In this document: positions 26,747-35,391 of the stretch, piece after piece
Layout of the letters: each line of letters starts with the position of its first letter
Numbering within the stretch: position 1 is the first letter of the stretch
From: a virus
Taxonomy: Duplodnaviria > Caudoviricetes
Virus record (IMG/VR): IMGVR_UViG_2799112278_000002
Coordinates: 20,718-84,717 of that record
Length of the DNA stretch: 64,000 nt
Strand: one strand, 5' to 3'
Notes under the pieces: generated by a model
Database searches by the model: none
What the model saw: the letters and a program-made list of their open reading frames with translations, nothing else
Told to the model about the DNA's origin: nothing
Translations under genes and position numbers: made by a program

Positions 26747-27316
26747 CTATAACTTGTATAAAAACAACTCTTCCCCTATCGGTAACGGACAATCATCTTT
26801 CCATTGCAGTTTCCGCACAACATCCCATGCCGAAAAATCAATATTCGAAAAGTCATATCGTTCATATAACCGGCCATCAATCGCAAGCCGCAGCTGCCTA
26901 TCAGAGAATATTTGCAAGAACTTAGATAGCTGCTTTAATTCGTTTATTTCCTTATCCCCGGCTTCGTTGTGAACCGTGAAATGCAAACCATTTAATAGCG
27001 CCTTAAACCCTCCAGTTGAGCGCCTTAGCAGTTCAACATACACCTCGCGCAACGTATGATTATACAATGCAGAGTACATATAAATCAGCCCAGAATAATT
27101 CATCCCGCGCAGAGTTTGGCAAAATTCAATTACCTTTTCAGGTATAAGCATTGGCTCCCCGCCTGATATAATCACTTCATCGTACTGCAGCAGCTGATCA
27201 ATGCTTGATAGCGCCGCTATATTATTTAGAGTCAAATTATCATTGCAGCATCCCTCACAGGAACGCGGACAGTCCAATGTTACTAATACCCTTGCTTTCA
27301 TAGAAACAATCCTCAC
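26747..27316 (-). CDS. Short radical SAM protein
   Basis: CPRSCEGC (CxxxCxxC) and ISGGEP motifs. Confidence 0.85.
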   Translation of the reverse strand: MRIVSMKARVLVTLDCPRSCEGCCNDNLTLNNIAALSSIDQLLQYDEVIISGGEPMLIPEKVIEFCQTLRGMNYSGLIYMYSALYNHTLREVYVELLRRSTGGFKALLNGLHFTVHNEAGDKEINELKQLSKFLQIFSDRQLRLAIDGRLYERYDFSNIDFSAWDVVRKLQWKDDCPLPIGEELFLYKL

Positions 27317-27714
27317 TTCGTATCCGGATACCGTTTATAAAGATAATCCAAACAAAACTGCCGTAGCTCTTGGCTATCAGGCCCATTATGCCGCCGGTAG
27401 TGGCACGGGTTCACCGGCGCATCCTGGCATAGCATTACCATGTCTTCTTTCCGGTCCTTACCACCCCGGCCCTTTGGCTTCTCATGGTGTGGTATCGTAC
27501 CTTGCGGAATCGGCCGGCCACAATAAATGCAGCGCTTTTTATCCCTCTTCCAAATGAATTCATAGAGTTCTATTAACTCATCACCATATAAGCGCCCCGG
27601 TTTCTTCTTTTTACTTTTGGCTTTAATCCTTCCCCGGGACTTTAACGAAGCTCGACTGCTCAGCCTGGTTTTAGCTTGCAGCGAGCTTCGCCTTTTCAAT
27701 GGAGTTTGCTTCAT
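27313..27714 (-). CDS. HNH endonuclease
   Basis: CIYCG...HHEK...LC..CHYRRH. Confidence 0.8.
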   Translation of the reverse strand: MKQTPLKRRSSLQAKTRLSSRASLKSRGRIKAKSKKKKPGRLYGDELIELYEFIWKRDKKRCIYCGRPIPQGTIPHHEKPKGRGGKDRKEDMVMLCQDAPVNPCHYRRHNGPDSQELRQFCLDYLYKRYPDTK

Positions 27715-27805
27715 TTACTCCACTTGCCGCAGCGGTTACACTGCGAGAACCGGTAAGGCGGGTATTTATTCCCTAATATCAGGCAGATTATTTTACGTAC
27801 CAAGA

Positions 27806-28123
27806 TCATACTAACTTCAAGTTGCCAAGCTGGCTTTCAATAATTGAACATACTTCTTCGAGTCGGATATTGCTTGCCTCAACGTCGTTTATTAACTCTC
27901 GCAAATTTTCTTCAAGCGTATTACATTGCGTAGTATCGCAATTCGCCGCCTGACACTTTATAGGTTCAGGCCTGGCGACAGAATCCATCAAATCACGTGA
28001 TAATTGCCGATTTCTAATAACACGATCTCTGAGTTGATTAAGAAACGATTCCACCGTAGCCACCTTCGTGCTTATTGGGCCTGAATTACCTATGCCGCAA
28101 GCACCTAGTATTTCATTTCTCAC
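27806..28123 (-). CDS. Hypothetical coiled-coil protein
   Basis: GTG start, RBS GGGGGAG. Confidence 0.6.
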   Translation of the reverse strand: MRNEILGACGIGNSGPISTKVATVESFLNQLRDRVIRNRQLSRDLMDSVARPEPIKCQAANCDTTQCNTLEENLRELINDVEASNIRLEEVCSIIESQLGNLKLV

Positions 28124-28178
28124 TTTATCTCCCCCTTATTTTTGCGTTGAACCTATTATAAAACAAGTCCATTTCCTA

Positions 28179-28195
28179 TTTCGGAAATTCCGAAA
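28179..28195. promoter_or_regulatory. Distal repressor operator
   Basis: TTTCGG-AAATT-CCGAAA, same form as the operators at 61835-61947; -10 TATAAT on - strand at 28155-28160. Confidence 0.7.
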
Positions 28196-28220
28196 CAATA
28201 TTTTTAAAAAATGATAATAT

Positions 28221-28252
28221 AAAAAAAGCCGCCCAACCTTGTGTTAGGCGAC
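28221..28252 (-). terminator. Intrinsic terminator ending the micro-ORF operon
   Basis: GTCGCCTAAC-ACAAG-GTTGGGCGGC-TTTTTTT. Confidence 0.8.
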
Positions 28253-28272
28253 TGCTGCATATTCTCATATTT

Positions 28273-28464
28273 TTAATAGTTATCAATAAAATCCATTGCC
28301 TCCTGTAACGAACCAGCATCCCATTCAGATGATCTTAGGTTAGCGGGATAATCCAATTCCTCCGGGGTATAGCAGCGGAAAATTATGTGTTCAACACCGT
28401 CGCCGCTGCGCTCAATATCCTGTTTGATTGCCCAGCCTTTATATTTCCGTGTTATCTTACGCAC
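28273..28464 (-). CDS. Small hypothetical protein (63 aa, acidic C-terminus)
   Basis: GTG start, RBS AAGGAGG. Confidence 0.7.
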   Translation of the reverse strand: MRKITRKYKGWAIKQDIERSGDGVEHIIFRCYTPEELDYPANLRSSEWDAGSLQEAMDFIDNY

Positions 28465-28500
28465 TTATTATTCCTCCTTGTGGCGGGGCTGTTAGCCCTG

Positions 28501-28581
28501 TCACTCTGCGTTATATTTACGCCACTCTTCGCGGCATTGCAGGAAAACGCGTAACGACATCCATTTATATCCCTTTTTCAT
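28501..28581 (-). CDS. 26-aa peptide ending YNAE, not in track
   Basis: RBS AAGGAGG; MKKGYKWMSLRVFLQCREEWRKYNAE. Confidence 0.55.
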   Translation of the reverse strand: MKKGYKWMSLRVFLQCREEWRKYNAE

Positions 28582-28633
28582 ATTCATCCTCCTTAGTTGA
28601 CCCCGCTTGCCGCATTACCGGCCCCGGAGGCCG

Positions 28634-28927
28634 TCACTCTGCGTTATAGGTGTAGCCTAATACTGATTTTGAGTAAATGGCCTTATCGGTTTTGGCTAAA
28701 GTGCGACTGCCTGCAAAAACTGCATATTCATAATTTCCTTCTGACCATTTGTAAACCAATGACTGGTTATAATCTATTGTCCTACTGCGATAACGCTCCA
28801 TTCCTGACTTACGAATAAGACCTAACAGCCAGTTTAATTGTTTGTCCGAAAGTTTCATTCTTGCAGTACCGTAACAATCCGGCTTGCGTTGGCCGGTAAA
28901 CATATTAGCCAATTCGGTGTGTGTCAT
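28634..28927 (-). CDS. Small hypothetical protein ending YNAE
   Basis: RBS AAAGGA; ends GCAGAGTGA+hairpin. Confidence 0.7.
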   Translation of the reverse strand: MTHTELANMFTGQRKPDCYGTARMKLSDKQLNWLLGLIRKSGMERYRSRTIDYNQSLVYKWSEGNYEYAVFAGSRTLAKTDKAIYSKSVLGYTYNAE

Positions 28928-28998
28928 CGCTATCATTCCTTTCGTCTGGCTGTGGTTGTGACCGTCTGCCTGCCAGCATTAGGCCGGGATAACCCGGC

Positions 28999-29151
28999 TC
29001 ACTCTGCTTTAATCTTGTTCAGCCTTTCGGCTGCTCGTTCCGCGTCATCGCGGGTGTGGTGCCTGCTTTCCGTGTTGTAATTTACGTCAACGACTACCCA
29101 TCTATATCCGCAATGATACAAGCTTGGGTTAGCAACTGCTCTGTATACCAT
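28999..29151 (-). CDS. 50-aa protein ending KAE, not in track
   Basis: RBS GGAGG; MVYRAVANPSLYHCGYRWVVVDVNYNTESRHHTRDDAERAAERLNKIKAE. Confidence 0.65.
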   Translation of the reverse strand: MVYRAVANPSLYHCGYRWVVVDVNYNTESRHHTRDDAERAAERLNKIKAE

Positions 29152-29183
29152 CGTTACCGCCTCCGTTTATTTATCTTGATTTA

Positions 29184-29213
29184 ATTATAAACTAAGATAT
29201 TTATAAATGTCAA
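29184..29213 (-). promoter_or_regulatory. Consensus sigma-A promoter of the micro-ORF operon
   Basis: TTGACA-18-TATAAT; ATTTATAAAT palindromes at 29199-29208 and 29238-29247. Confidence 0.75.
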
Positions 29214-29282
29214 TAATTCTTATAAATATTTTTATTGATTTATAAATTAAGATATTGTAGTATGATAGTTGGAGGGGATATG

Positions 29283-29534
29283 ATGCCAAGATCGCCAAGA
29301 GTGCCAAAAGAAGAAGCCTTGCAAATTGAATTTGAATTTAAAAAGCATATAAATGCTGCCGGAAGCAATGTTACCGACACTGTACGCCGCTTAAATGAAG
29401 AATACGGCACCACAGAAACTCCGCAGGCCGTAACTCAACAGCTAAAGAATGGTACAATGCCAGTATGGAAGCAAAATCGCATTGCTAAGGTACTGGGTTT
29501 TAAGATCAAATGGGAACGGGAGGAAGAAAGATGA
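29283..29534 (+). CDS. Small HTH-like regulator
   Basis: RBS GGAGG; VTDTVRRLNEEYG..ETPQAVTQQLKNGT...IAKVLGF helix pattern. Confidence 0.6.
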   Translation: MPRSPRVPKEEALQIEFEFKKHINAAGSNVTDTVRRLNEEYGTTETPQAVTQQLKNGTMPVWKQNRIAKVLGFKIKWEREEER

Positions 29535-29677
29535 GCCTAAATAACGAAATAAAAAAACTACCCCGAAGTCAGGGGCAGATAGATGAAATGATGATAATTG
29601 AACTCATTGGCATAGAAAAATACGATGCTTTGCTTAAAATGGGTTTTGTGATAGTAAGAAAAGAACCCCAGCAATAG
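29531..29677 (+). CDS. 48-aa ORF coupled to the HTH gene, not in track
   Basis: ATGA overlap; MSLNNEIKKLPRSQGQIDEMM... Confidence 0.4.
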   Translation: MSLNNEIKKLPRSQGQIDEMMIIELIGIEKYDALLKMGFVIVRKEPQQ

Positions 29678-29689
29678 CCGGGGTAATGT

Positions 29690-29718
29690 CGCTCATCCTT
29701 CGGGGTGGGCGTTTTTTT
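29690..29718 (+). terminator. Intrinsic terminator
   Basis: CGCTCATCC-TTCG-GGGTGGGCG-TTTTTTT. Confidence 0.8.
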
Positions 29719-29733
29719 GTATTTTATTACCAC

Positions 29734-29784
29734 TTTACAAAGGAGAACATTTGTTCTAAAATGACAATGCTAAAACATATGTTC
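29734..29784 (+). promoter_or_regulatory. SOS promoter with two Gram-positive LexA boxes
   Basis: TTTACA-17-TAAAAT; GAACATTTGTTC at 29745-29756 in the spacer; AAACATATGTTC at 29773-29784. Confidence 0.8.
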
Positions 29785-29800
29785 TATTGAGGTGGTAAGT

Positions 29801-30034
29801 GTGACAGATAAAAAATTCGTGGACGTAACAGCGAAGCATAGCCGGGACGGTAAAGTAAAGCTACTGTCAATAACGTGGGAAGATGGGAAGGAATACAGTG
29901 TTGATCGGGTGCTGGATGTGAGAATGGCTGCTGCTCTTAAAGCTGGGGGCCAGGGCATGCGATATACTTGCCGAATTCATGGTCGAGAAGTCTACTTGTT
30001 CTTCGATGAAGGTCGCTTTTTTATTGAAAGTTGA
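29801..30034 (+). CDS. Conserved small partner of UmuC-like polymerases
   Basis: WEDG..Y.VDRV...AA.LKAGGQGMRYTC.I.G motif; directly upstream of the Y-family polymerase. Confidence 0.7.
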   Translation: MTDKKFVDVTAKHSRDGKVKLLSITWEDGKEYSVDRVLDVRMAAALKAGGQGMRYTCRIHGREVYLFFDEGRFFIES

Positions 30035-30093
30035 AGGTCACATTATAGATGTGGCCTTTTTATTCTATGTTTGCTCGAGGGGGTAATCGCAAT

Positions 30094-31332
30094 ATGAGCC
30101 GTACCATTCTCCATATCGATCTAAATAACTTTTACGCCTCCGTCGAATGCCTGTATAACCCAGAAATCCGTGATAAGCCAGTAATCGTATGCGGCGATGC
30201 AGAAGCCAGGCACGGCATTGTCCTTGCCAAAAACGGACCGGCAAAAGCCATGGGAGTTAAAACCGGCGATGTAATTTGGCAGGCCAAACTCAAATGCCCA
30301 GGCTTAATTGCGGTACCGGCAGACTTCCGCAAGTACCTGCGTTTTTCTCGCCTGGCCAAGTCAATATACGCTGACTATACAGACCGCATCGAAGCATTTG
30401 GCATTGATGAGTGTTGGCTGGATATAACAGGTACGGAGCAGATTTTCGGGGATGGTGAAGCTGTGGCAAATAAAATACGACACCGCTTCAAAGAAGAATT
30501 GGGCCTCACGGCTTCAGTCGGTGTCTCCTGGAGCAAGATTTTTTCTAAGCTCGGCAGCGATATGAAAAAACCGGATGCAACTACTGTCATTACTCCGGAG
30601 AACTTTCGTGAAAAAGTATGGCCTCTGCCGGTGGGCGATTTATTATATGTCGGCCGATCCACACGAAAGAAGCTCCAGAACCGTGCGATATTAACCATTG
30701 GCGATTTAGCGAATCGAGACATACATAGCCTACGCCTGCTGCTGGGCGTATGGGGCGAAACACTTTGGCATTTTGCGAACGGACTTGATACGGCGCCAGT
30801 GAAATTTCTTGGCGAAAAAAGCATTGTTAAATCTGTTGGCAACAGCACCACTGCTGTGCGAGATCTACAGAATAATGAAGATGTCAAAATGCTTGTTTTC
30901 GTCTTAGCTGAAAGCGTTGCGGCTCGCCTCCGGGAGCATGGACTAAAATGTACAACTGTATCGATCAGCGTCCGAGACAAAGAACTCAATACGTTTGACC
31001 GTCAGGGTAAGTTATCTATGCCGACGTTTCTTTCTGGGGACATTGCCCAAAAAGCGCTCGATTTGTTTGCTGCAAACTACCGATGGGATAAATCGATCCG
31101 GAGCATTGGTGTTCGGGGAGCCGACCTGGTAACGGCTGACGGCCATATTCAGTTAGACCTATTTAGCAAGGATCAAAGACAAATGGAAAGGTTGGAAGCC
31201 ACGATCGATACAATCCGCAGACGCTTTGGACAATACAGTCTGCAGCGCTGTACAATGCTGTTCGACAAGCGCCTAACTGGCTTTAATCCCCGTGAGGAAC
31301 ATGTTATTCATCCTGTTTCATACTTTAAATAA
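30094..31332 (+). CDS. Y-family DNA polymerase (UmuC/DinB/ImpB-like)
   Basis: HIDLNNFYASVE, IDECWLD, SKLGSDMKKP, QLDLF clamp motif. Confidence 0.92.
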   Translation: MSRTILHIDLNNFYASVECLYNPEIRDKPVIVCGDAEARHGIVLAKNGPAKAMGVKTGDVIWQAKLKCPGLIAVPADFRKYLRFSRLAKSIYADYTDRIEAFGIDECWLDITGTEQIFGDGEAVANKIRHRFKEELGLTASVGVSWSKIFSKLGSDMKKPDATTVITPENFREKVWPLPVGDLLYVGRSTRKKLQNRAILTIGDLANRDIHSLRLLLGVWGETLWHFANGLDTAPVKFLGEKSIVKSVGNSTTAVRDLQNNEDVKMLVFVLAESVAARLREHGLKCTTVSISVRDKELNTFDRQGKLSMPTFLSGDIAQKALDLFAANYRWDKSIRSIGVRGADLVTADGHIQLDLFSKDQRQMERLEATIDTIRRRFGQYSLQRCTMLFDKRLTGFNPREEHVIHPVSYFK

Positions 31333-31333
31333 A

Positions 31334-31357
31334 AAATAGCTGCCTTAGCAGCTATTT
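31334..31357. terminator. Bidirectional terminator
   Basis: AAATAGCTGC-CTTA-GCAGCTATTT between convergent genes. Confidence 0.8.
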
Positions 31358-31360
31358 CTT

Positions 31361-31546
31361 TTATACCCATTTCCTACTTATGCCAAGCTTTCGCACCAAA
31401 GTTCGAATACGCCTATCTGAATAGCCCAATATTTCAGCTGCTATTTCAACACTTCCGTACTTATTTAATGCATCAACAAGTATCCCTCGTATCGGCTGGC
31501 CGTACTCTTTTTCAAGAGCTCTTGCTTTGCTCAAATTCTTCACCAC
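31361..31546 (-). CDS. Small HTH-like protein
   Basis: AAEILGYSDRRIRTLVRKLGI. Confidence 0.55.
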   Translation of the reverse strand: MVKNLSKARALEKEYGQPIRGILVDALNKYGSVEIAAEILGYSDRRIRTLVRKLGISRKWV

Positions 31547-31865
31547 CTAATACGTCCTTTGCCAATTTAGCGAAATAAGTCCAATGGTTGCAATCGCACG
31601 GTCCAGGGCAACCACAACTTTCGGTTTCTGCAATTTTAACCAATACATTGCGCAATCGAAAGCATTCATCAACGAGTGCTATATTATCCTGACCAATTTG
31701 ATTGAATGTATCTACTCCTGTTTTTAATTGATGTTGAATTAGTAGCGTTAGAACTTCAGCACGTATATCACCCTCTACCCGTACAAAGCCCCTAGGACTA
31801 TCTAGCCCCACCTTTTTAACAAGTAAGTTGCGTTGCCCGATTGCGTTTAACTCACGCTGTTTCAT
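31512..31865 (-). CDS. Hypothetical protein
   Basis: RBS GAGGGGG. Confidence 0.55.
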   Translation of the reverse strand: MKQRELNAIGQRNLLVKKVGLDSPRGFVRVEGDIRAEVLTLLIQHQLKTGVDTFNQIGQDNIALVDECFRLRNVLVKIAETESCGCPGPCDCNHWTYFAKLAKDVLGGEEFEQSKSS

Positions 31866-31875
31866 AAAATCCCCC

Positions 31876-32139
31876 TCAGCCACCTGGTGCCGACTTTTTC
31901 ATATCAATATTACCCTTGCATATCGGGCATGCCGGATACCAGTCTGCCATGCTTGTTTGTAATCCACAGTCTGTATTCCAACTAACGTCCACCCAGTACC
32001 CTTTATGTCCATTGGCGCATAACCACATACCGTCCGTTGTCCTTCTTCGATCTAACGGGTCCTTCCCTTGTAAAACATCATACATAGCCTCGTCAATTAG
32101 CTTTTGCAATCCACGTGCTAATTCCTCTTTGCCCTTCAT
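31876..32139 (-). CDS. Hypothetical Zn-ribbon protein
   Basis: CANGH...CPIC. Confidence 0.55.
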   Translation of the reverse strand: MKGKEELARGLQKLIDEAMYDVLQGKDPLDRRRTTDGMWLCANGHKGYWVDVSWNTDCGLQTSMADWYPACPICKGNIDMKKSAPGG

Positions 32140-32140
32140 G

Positions 32141-32803
32141 CTATATTGTCCGATTAATGCTGCCGGCACTATTAAACCCTTCAGGATATCGCTGCTTCAA
32201 CTTAGCGATATTGGTATCACATATGTCCTGCATATTAAGATTGTAGCGCTTACAAAACAGTTTCATCCAAGATAGAACGTTGCCAATGAGTTTTCCTAAC
32301 TTTGCCTGATCCAATTCATGGCCGTGATACACAACCTTTTTTAGATATTCCGTAACATCACCAGAGGCTTTACTCAACCTTCCGATACACACATACAATA
32401 AAGCCGGTGCAGCTTCTTCAGCCGCCTCTACAACTACCTGATAACTAATCCCTGCCGTCGTACAGAGTGTTGCGCAATACCAATTCACATCACCGGCCTC
32501 CTTGATCATTGCCTCATGGTTTCCACCAGCAATTTCAAAGTTGACAACTGCATCAATAAACTCTGCCGTTTCTCCCGCTATTCCCATCCCAAAGTTCCCC
32601 AACCTTTGCATGGCACCTTGCCCATTATTAGCAGTTCGTTCAGCAAGTCGCTGATATTCTTCGAAATAGGGAAAGCCCTCATGCCAATTCCCATTTTGGA
32701 AAACAAAAGTCTTTTCGCACATACAAGATGTCTTTTGCCCTTCTACCGGTATTGAAAGTTCTAACCAGGTTATCCCGCAATTCGGGCATTGCTTTTTAGC
32801 CAT
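32141..32803 (-). CDS. Zn-ribbon plus tandem MazG-like NTP pyrophosphohydrolase
   Basis: EYQRLAERT, GIAGETAE, KEAGDVNWY, EYLKKVVYHGHELD, NIAKLKQRYPEGF. Confidence 0.85.
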   Translation of the reverse strand: MAKKQCPNCGITWLELSIPVEGQKTSCMCEKTFVFQNGNWHEGFPYFEEYQRLAERTANNGQGAMQRLGNFGMGIAGETAEFIDAVVNFEIAGGNHEAMIKEAGDVNWYCATLCTTAGISYQVVVEAAEEAAPALLYVCIGRLSKASGDVTEYLKKVVYHGHELDQAKLGKLIGNVLSWMKLFCKRYNLNMQDICDTNIAKLKQRYPEGFNSAGSINRTI

Positions 32804-32807
32804 ATTA

Positions 32808-33041
32808 CTAACCCCTTTCTTCTTTTAATTCATCCAGTAGCTTTGCACACTCCGAATAACTCATATTGTCAACGTTATAGTTTTCCAGGTCATAACCCAA
32901 TTGCTGAATTAAGTCTTTCGCAAATTCAATCATGGCCGGAGTCGGCTTGTCCTTTATAAGATGATTACTTTTTACCAGCTTACAGTTTTTAAGATGCGGG
33001 GCCGTCATTAGCGATCCGCAGTAAGGGCAACGTTCAGCCAT
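32808..33041 (-). CDS. Hypothetical protein
   Basis: CPYCG N-terminus; PTPAMIEFA..L...LG motif. Confidence 0.55.
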   Translation of the reverse strand: MAERCPYCGSLMTAPHLKNCKLVKSNHLIKDKPTPAMIEFAKDLIQQLGYDLENYNVDNMSYSECAKLLDELKEERG

Positions 33042-33042
33042 A

Positions 33043-33348
33043 TTAACCACGCTCCATTTTAGAATCCGCAATATAATACCCCTGCTTATTTTTGGGCAAC
33101 AATTTAAACCGATAATACATTTCAAACTGGTAATGATCTTCGTATTGCTCAGCTATAATTATTTTACTAGGCTCATTGGCAATTGCGTCCCACATAGACA
33201 TGGATATCAATTGTTCCCCATATTTTTCAATTAACTTAACCATTAATGCTTGGAGAATTCTATGCTTTTCTTTGTATATTTCCGCTTCCTCTTGCGGACC
33301 AATGCCAATAGGTATCTGATTAAGTAAGTTAAGATTGATTTGATCCAC
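33043..33348 (-). CDS. Hypothetical protein
   Basis: 101-aa ORF in operon. Confidence 0.55.
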   Translation of the reverse strand: MDQINLNLLNQIPIGIGPQEEAEIYKEKHRILQALMVKLIEKYGEQLISMSMWDAIANEPSKIIIAEQYEDHYQFEMYYRFKLLPKNKQGYYIADSKMERG

Positions 33349-33361
33349 TTACATTCCCCCT

Positions 33362-33628
33362 TCAATAGTCAATAAATCTAACACTCTTGAATCGTGTAGT
33401 GGCAAATTTCCTCAACTCAAAATATGGTTCGTAGTGGTTATCGGGAGAGTGAGTAAAGATAATAGGCGTGTCTGTCGATATTCCCTTAAGTTTTTCGATA
33501 CTACATACCATCTTAAAGCATTCTGGATTGAGTTTATTAAACCTAAGAAATTCACAGCAATTGTGTAGACTAGTGGAAACAATTACTGCTATAAGAGGCA
33601 GTTTCCGTTTCTCCAATTTATCCATCAA
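33362..33628 (-). CDS. Hypothetical protein
   Basis: 88-aa ORF in operon. Confidence 0.5.
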   Translation of the reverse strand: MMDKLEKRKLPLIAVIVSTSLHNCCEFLRFNKLNPECFKMVCSIEKLKGISTDTPIIFTHSPDNHYEPYFELRKFATTRFKSVRFIDY

Positions 33629-35391
33629 ACTACCCTCTTTTTCCCTGGTTTCATAGCCTTAATCTTATCAATTACTTTCTTCATGTGATCGGTTGCTACA
33701 TTCTGGGCTACCGCTCGATCATCGTTGGTTTCAGCTTTATCGCCCATCAATCCCACAAATTGGCTGACCTTTAACCCTAGCGATTCTTGAATGTTTTCGT
33801 CTGACCCCTCTTCGCACACAAGGTAATACACCAACACAGAGTTTTCCTGTCCGATACGGTGAGCTCTATCTTCACACTGAGCATGTACAGCCGGTGACCA
33901 ATCAAGCTCCCCGAAAACTACGCACGTCGCAGACTGTAACCCATTCAGTCCAGCTGCAGTTCTGAGCGATATGCAAGCCAAGCTTGTTGAACCATCCATA
34001 AATGTTTCAATCGCCTTATCCTTTTCCTGTCCAGTCTCTTTACCGGTTATTTTTACCGGCTTGTACTCTTTAAGCTCCTTCATGTAAATGTCGAATACCG
34101 CATGATGGTACCCAAACAGCAGCACCTTCTCACCAGCATCTAAAAGCATTTTTACAAAAGCACATACATGTCCAGCTTTTGATATGCCGGTAGCCATACG
34201 TGTATCATTTACAATCTCCCGACCTAAACGGCCGCGCTCCAAATAATCCTCAATTGCATCATAACCTTTTGCCTTTTCAATAGCCTTTTGAATTAAATCC
34301 CCAAATACTCCCTGGTCCAAATCGATTGGCTGTATTACCCTTCGTTTAGGTAGAAGTTCATCTTTGAGCACTTCCTTAGTTCTACGTAATAACAAACCTT
34401 CTCGCTTTAAGTGCTCACCTAACAATTCCGGATCAACAACCACATCAGAACCGTAGCCATAGCACCAGGTACGTGAAAAGCTCTCCCAATCTGACAAGCA
34501 GTGGAAATCAATAATGTTCATGACATTCCACATTTCTCCACCCCGGCCATGAATTGGCGTACCGCTTAGCCCTATAACATTCTCAGCGCTGCAAGCCACT
34601 AACGATGCTGCACTATACTTTTCTGTTAGCCGATGACGCAGTTCCTGGATTTCATCAAATACGACTGATTTAAAGCCAACTTGAGGCAAGTAATTTTTCC
34701 ACCCGCGCAGTAAAAGATAATGGATTATATAAATCTTAGCGTCAGGAAGAGGATATGGCTTCAACCCTTTAATTACATGAATATACGAAGGTATTTTCCC
34801 GTTCTTAAATAACTCTGTATTATCCCCTACTGACACCGGTAAGTCTAAGAATTTATCCGACTCATGAATCCAGCCTTTTATCATGTGGGGAACTACCACA
34901 ATTAAAGCTGGCCATCCCTCTGCTGCAGCTAAAAAAGCAAGCGCCTGAGGCGTTTTACCTAACCCCATGTCATCAGCTAACAGTGTACGCCGATTATGCA
35001 ACAGAAACGCAGTTCCCTCTTGCTGAAATTCTCGCAGCACACCGGTAAACGTCGGTGGCGGTACTATCTTATTCGGCCGTGCATTTATTTCTTGTCGCTT
35101 TAAAACATGAGCTACAGTTTCTTGATGTGTCTTATTCCACTGTTCCTGGTCCTTTATCCTAAGCGGATACCGTAGCATTAGCCAATTGAGATCGCCATTT
35201 GTACGCTTATTAAGCATAAAACGTGCTTTGGTTCTATTCAATGATTTGCACCCAGGGAAAAGCCGCTGTGCCATTTCAATTACACAAGGTTCACCCTCTA
35301 TTACCCAATCCTTTTTACCTTCATCCCATGATAAAGTGCCATAATAATAATCTGCTTCACCAGGAGCGGAAAGATATGCAGGAACATTCAT
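33625..35391 (-). CDS. SNF2-family helicase/translocase
   Basis: LADDMGLGKT, FDEIQEL, LSGTPI, ELDWSP...QCEDRAHRIGQ. Confidence 0.9.
   Translation of the reverse strand: MNVPAYLSAPGEADYYYGTLSWDEGKKDWVIEGEPCVIEMAQRLFPGCKSLNRTKARFMLNKRTNGDLNWLMLRYPLRIKDQEQWNKTHQETVAHVLKRQEINARPNKIVPPPTFTGVLREFQQEGTAFLLHNRRTLLADDMGLGKTPQALAFLAAAEGWPALIVVVPHMIKGWIHESDKFLDLPVSVGDNTELFKNGKIPSYIHVIKGLKPYPLPDAKIYIIHYLLLRGWKNYLPQVGFKSVVFDEIQELRHRLTEKYSAASLVACSAENVIGLSGTPIHGRGGEMWNVMNIIDFHCLSDWESFSRTWCYGYGSDVVVDPELLGEHLKREGLLLRRTKEVLKDELLPKRRVIQPIDLDQGVFGDLIQKAIEKAKGYDAIEDYLERGRLGREIVNDTRMATGISKAGHVCAFVKMLLDAGEKVLLFGYHHAVFDIYMKELKEYKPVKITGKETGQEKDKAIETFMDGSTSLACISLRTAAGLNGLQSATCVVFGELDWSPAVHAQCEDRAHRIGQENSVLVYYLVCEEGSDENIQESLGLKVSQFVGLMGDKAETNDDRAVAQNVATDHMKKVIDKIKAMKPGKKRVV

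Larger units (their letters stand above)
28500..29007 (-). repeat. Three GCAGAGTGA+GC-hairpin units
   Basis: gtcactctgcgttata at 28500-28515 and 28633-28648; tcactctgc at 28999-29007; each followed on the - strand by a hairpin. Confidence 0.8.

Noticed and set aside
26747-27316. 7-deazaguanine (QueE/Dpd) modification pathway
   Set aside because: No folE, queC, queD or dpdA homologs in the window
28500-29007. CRISPR array or mini-array
   Set aside because: Repeats are short, unevenly spaced and separated by whole ORFs; no cas genes
30375-30989. 204-aa ORF antisense to the Y-family polymerase
   Set aside because: Shadow ORF with no RBS or motif; the same applies to most + strand ORFs opposite - strand genes (e.g. 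6368..6829, 15826..16185, 44316..44786)
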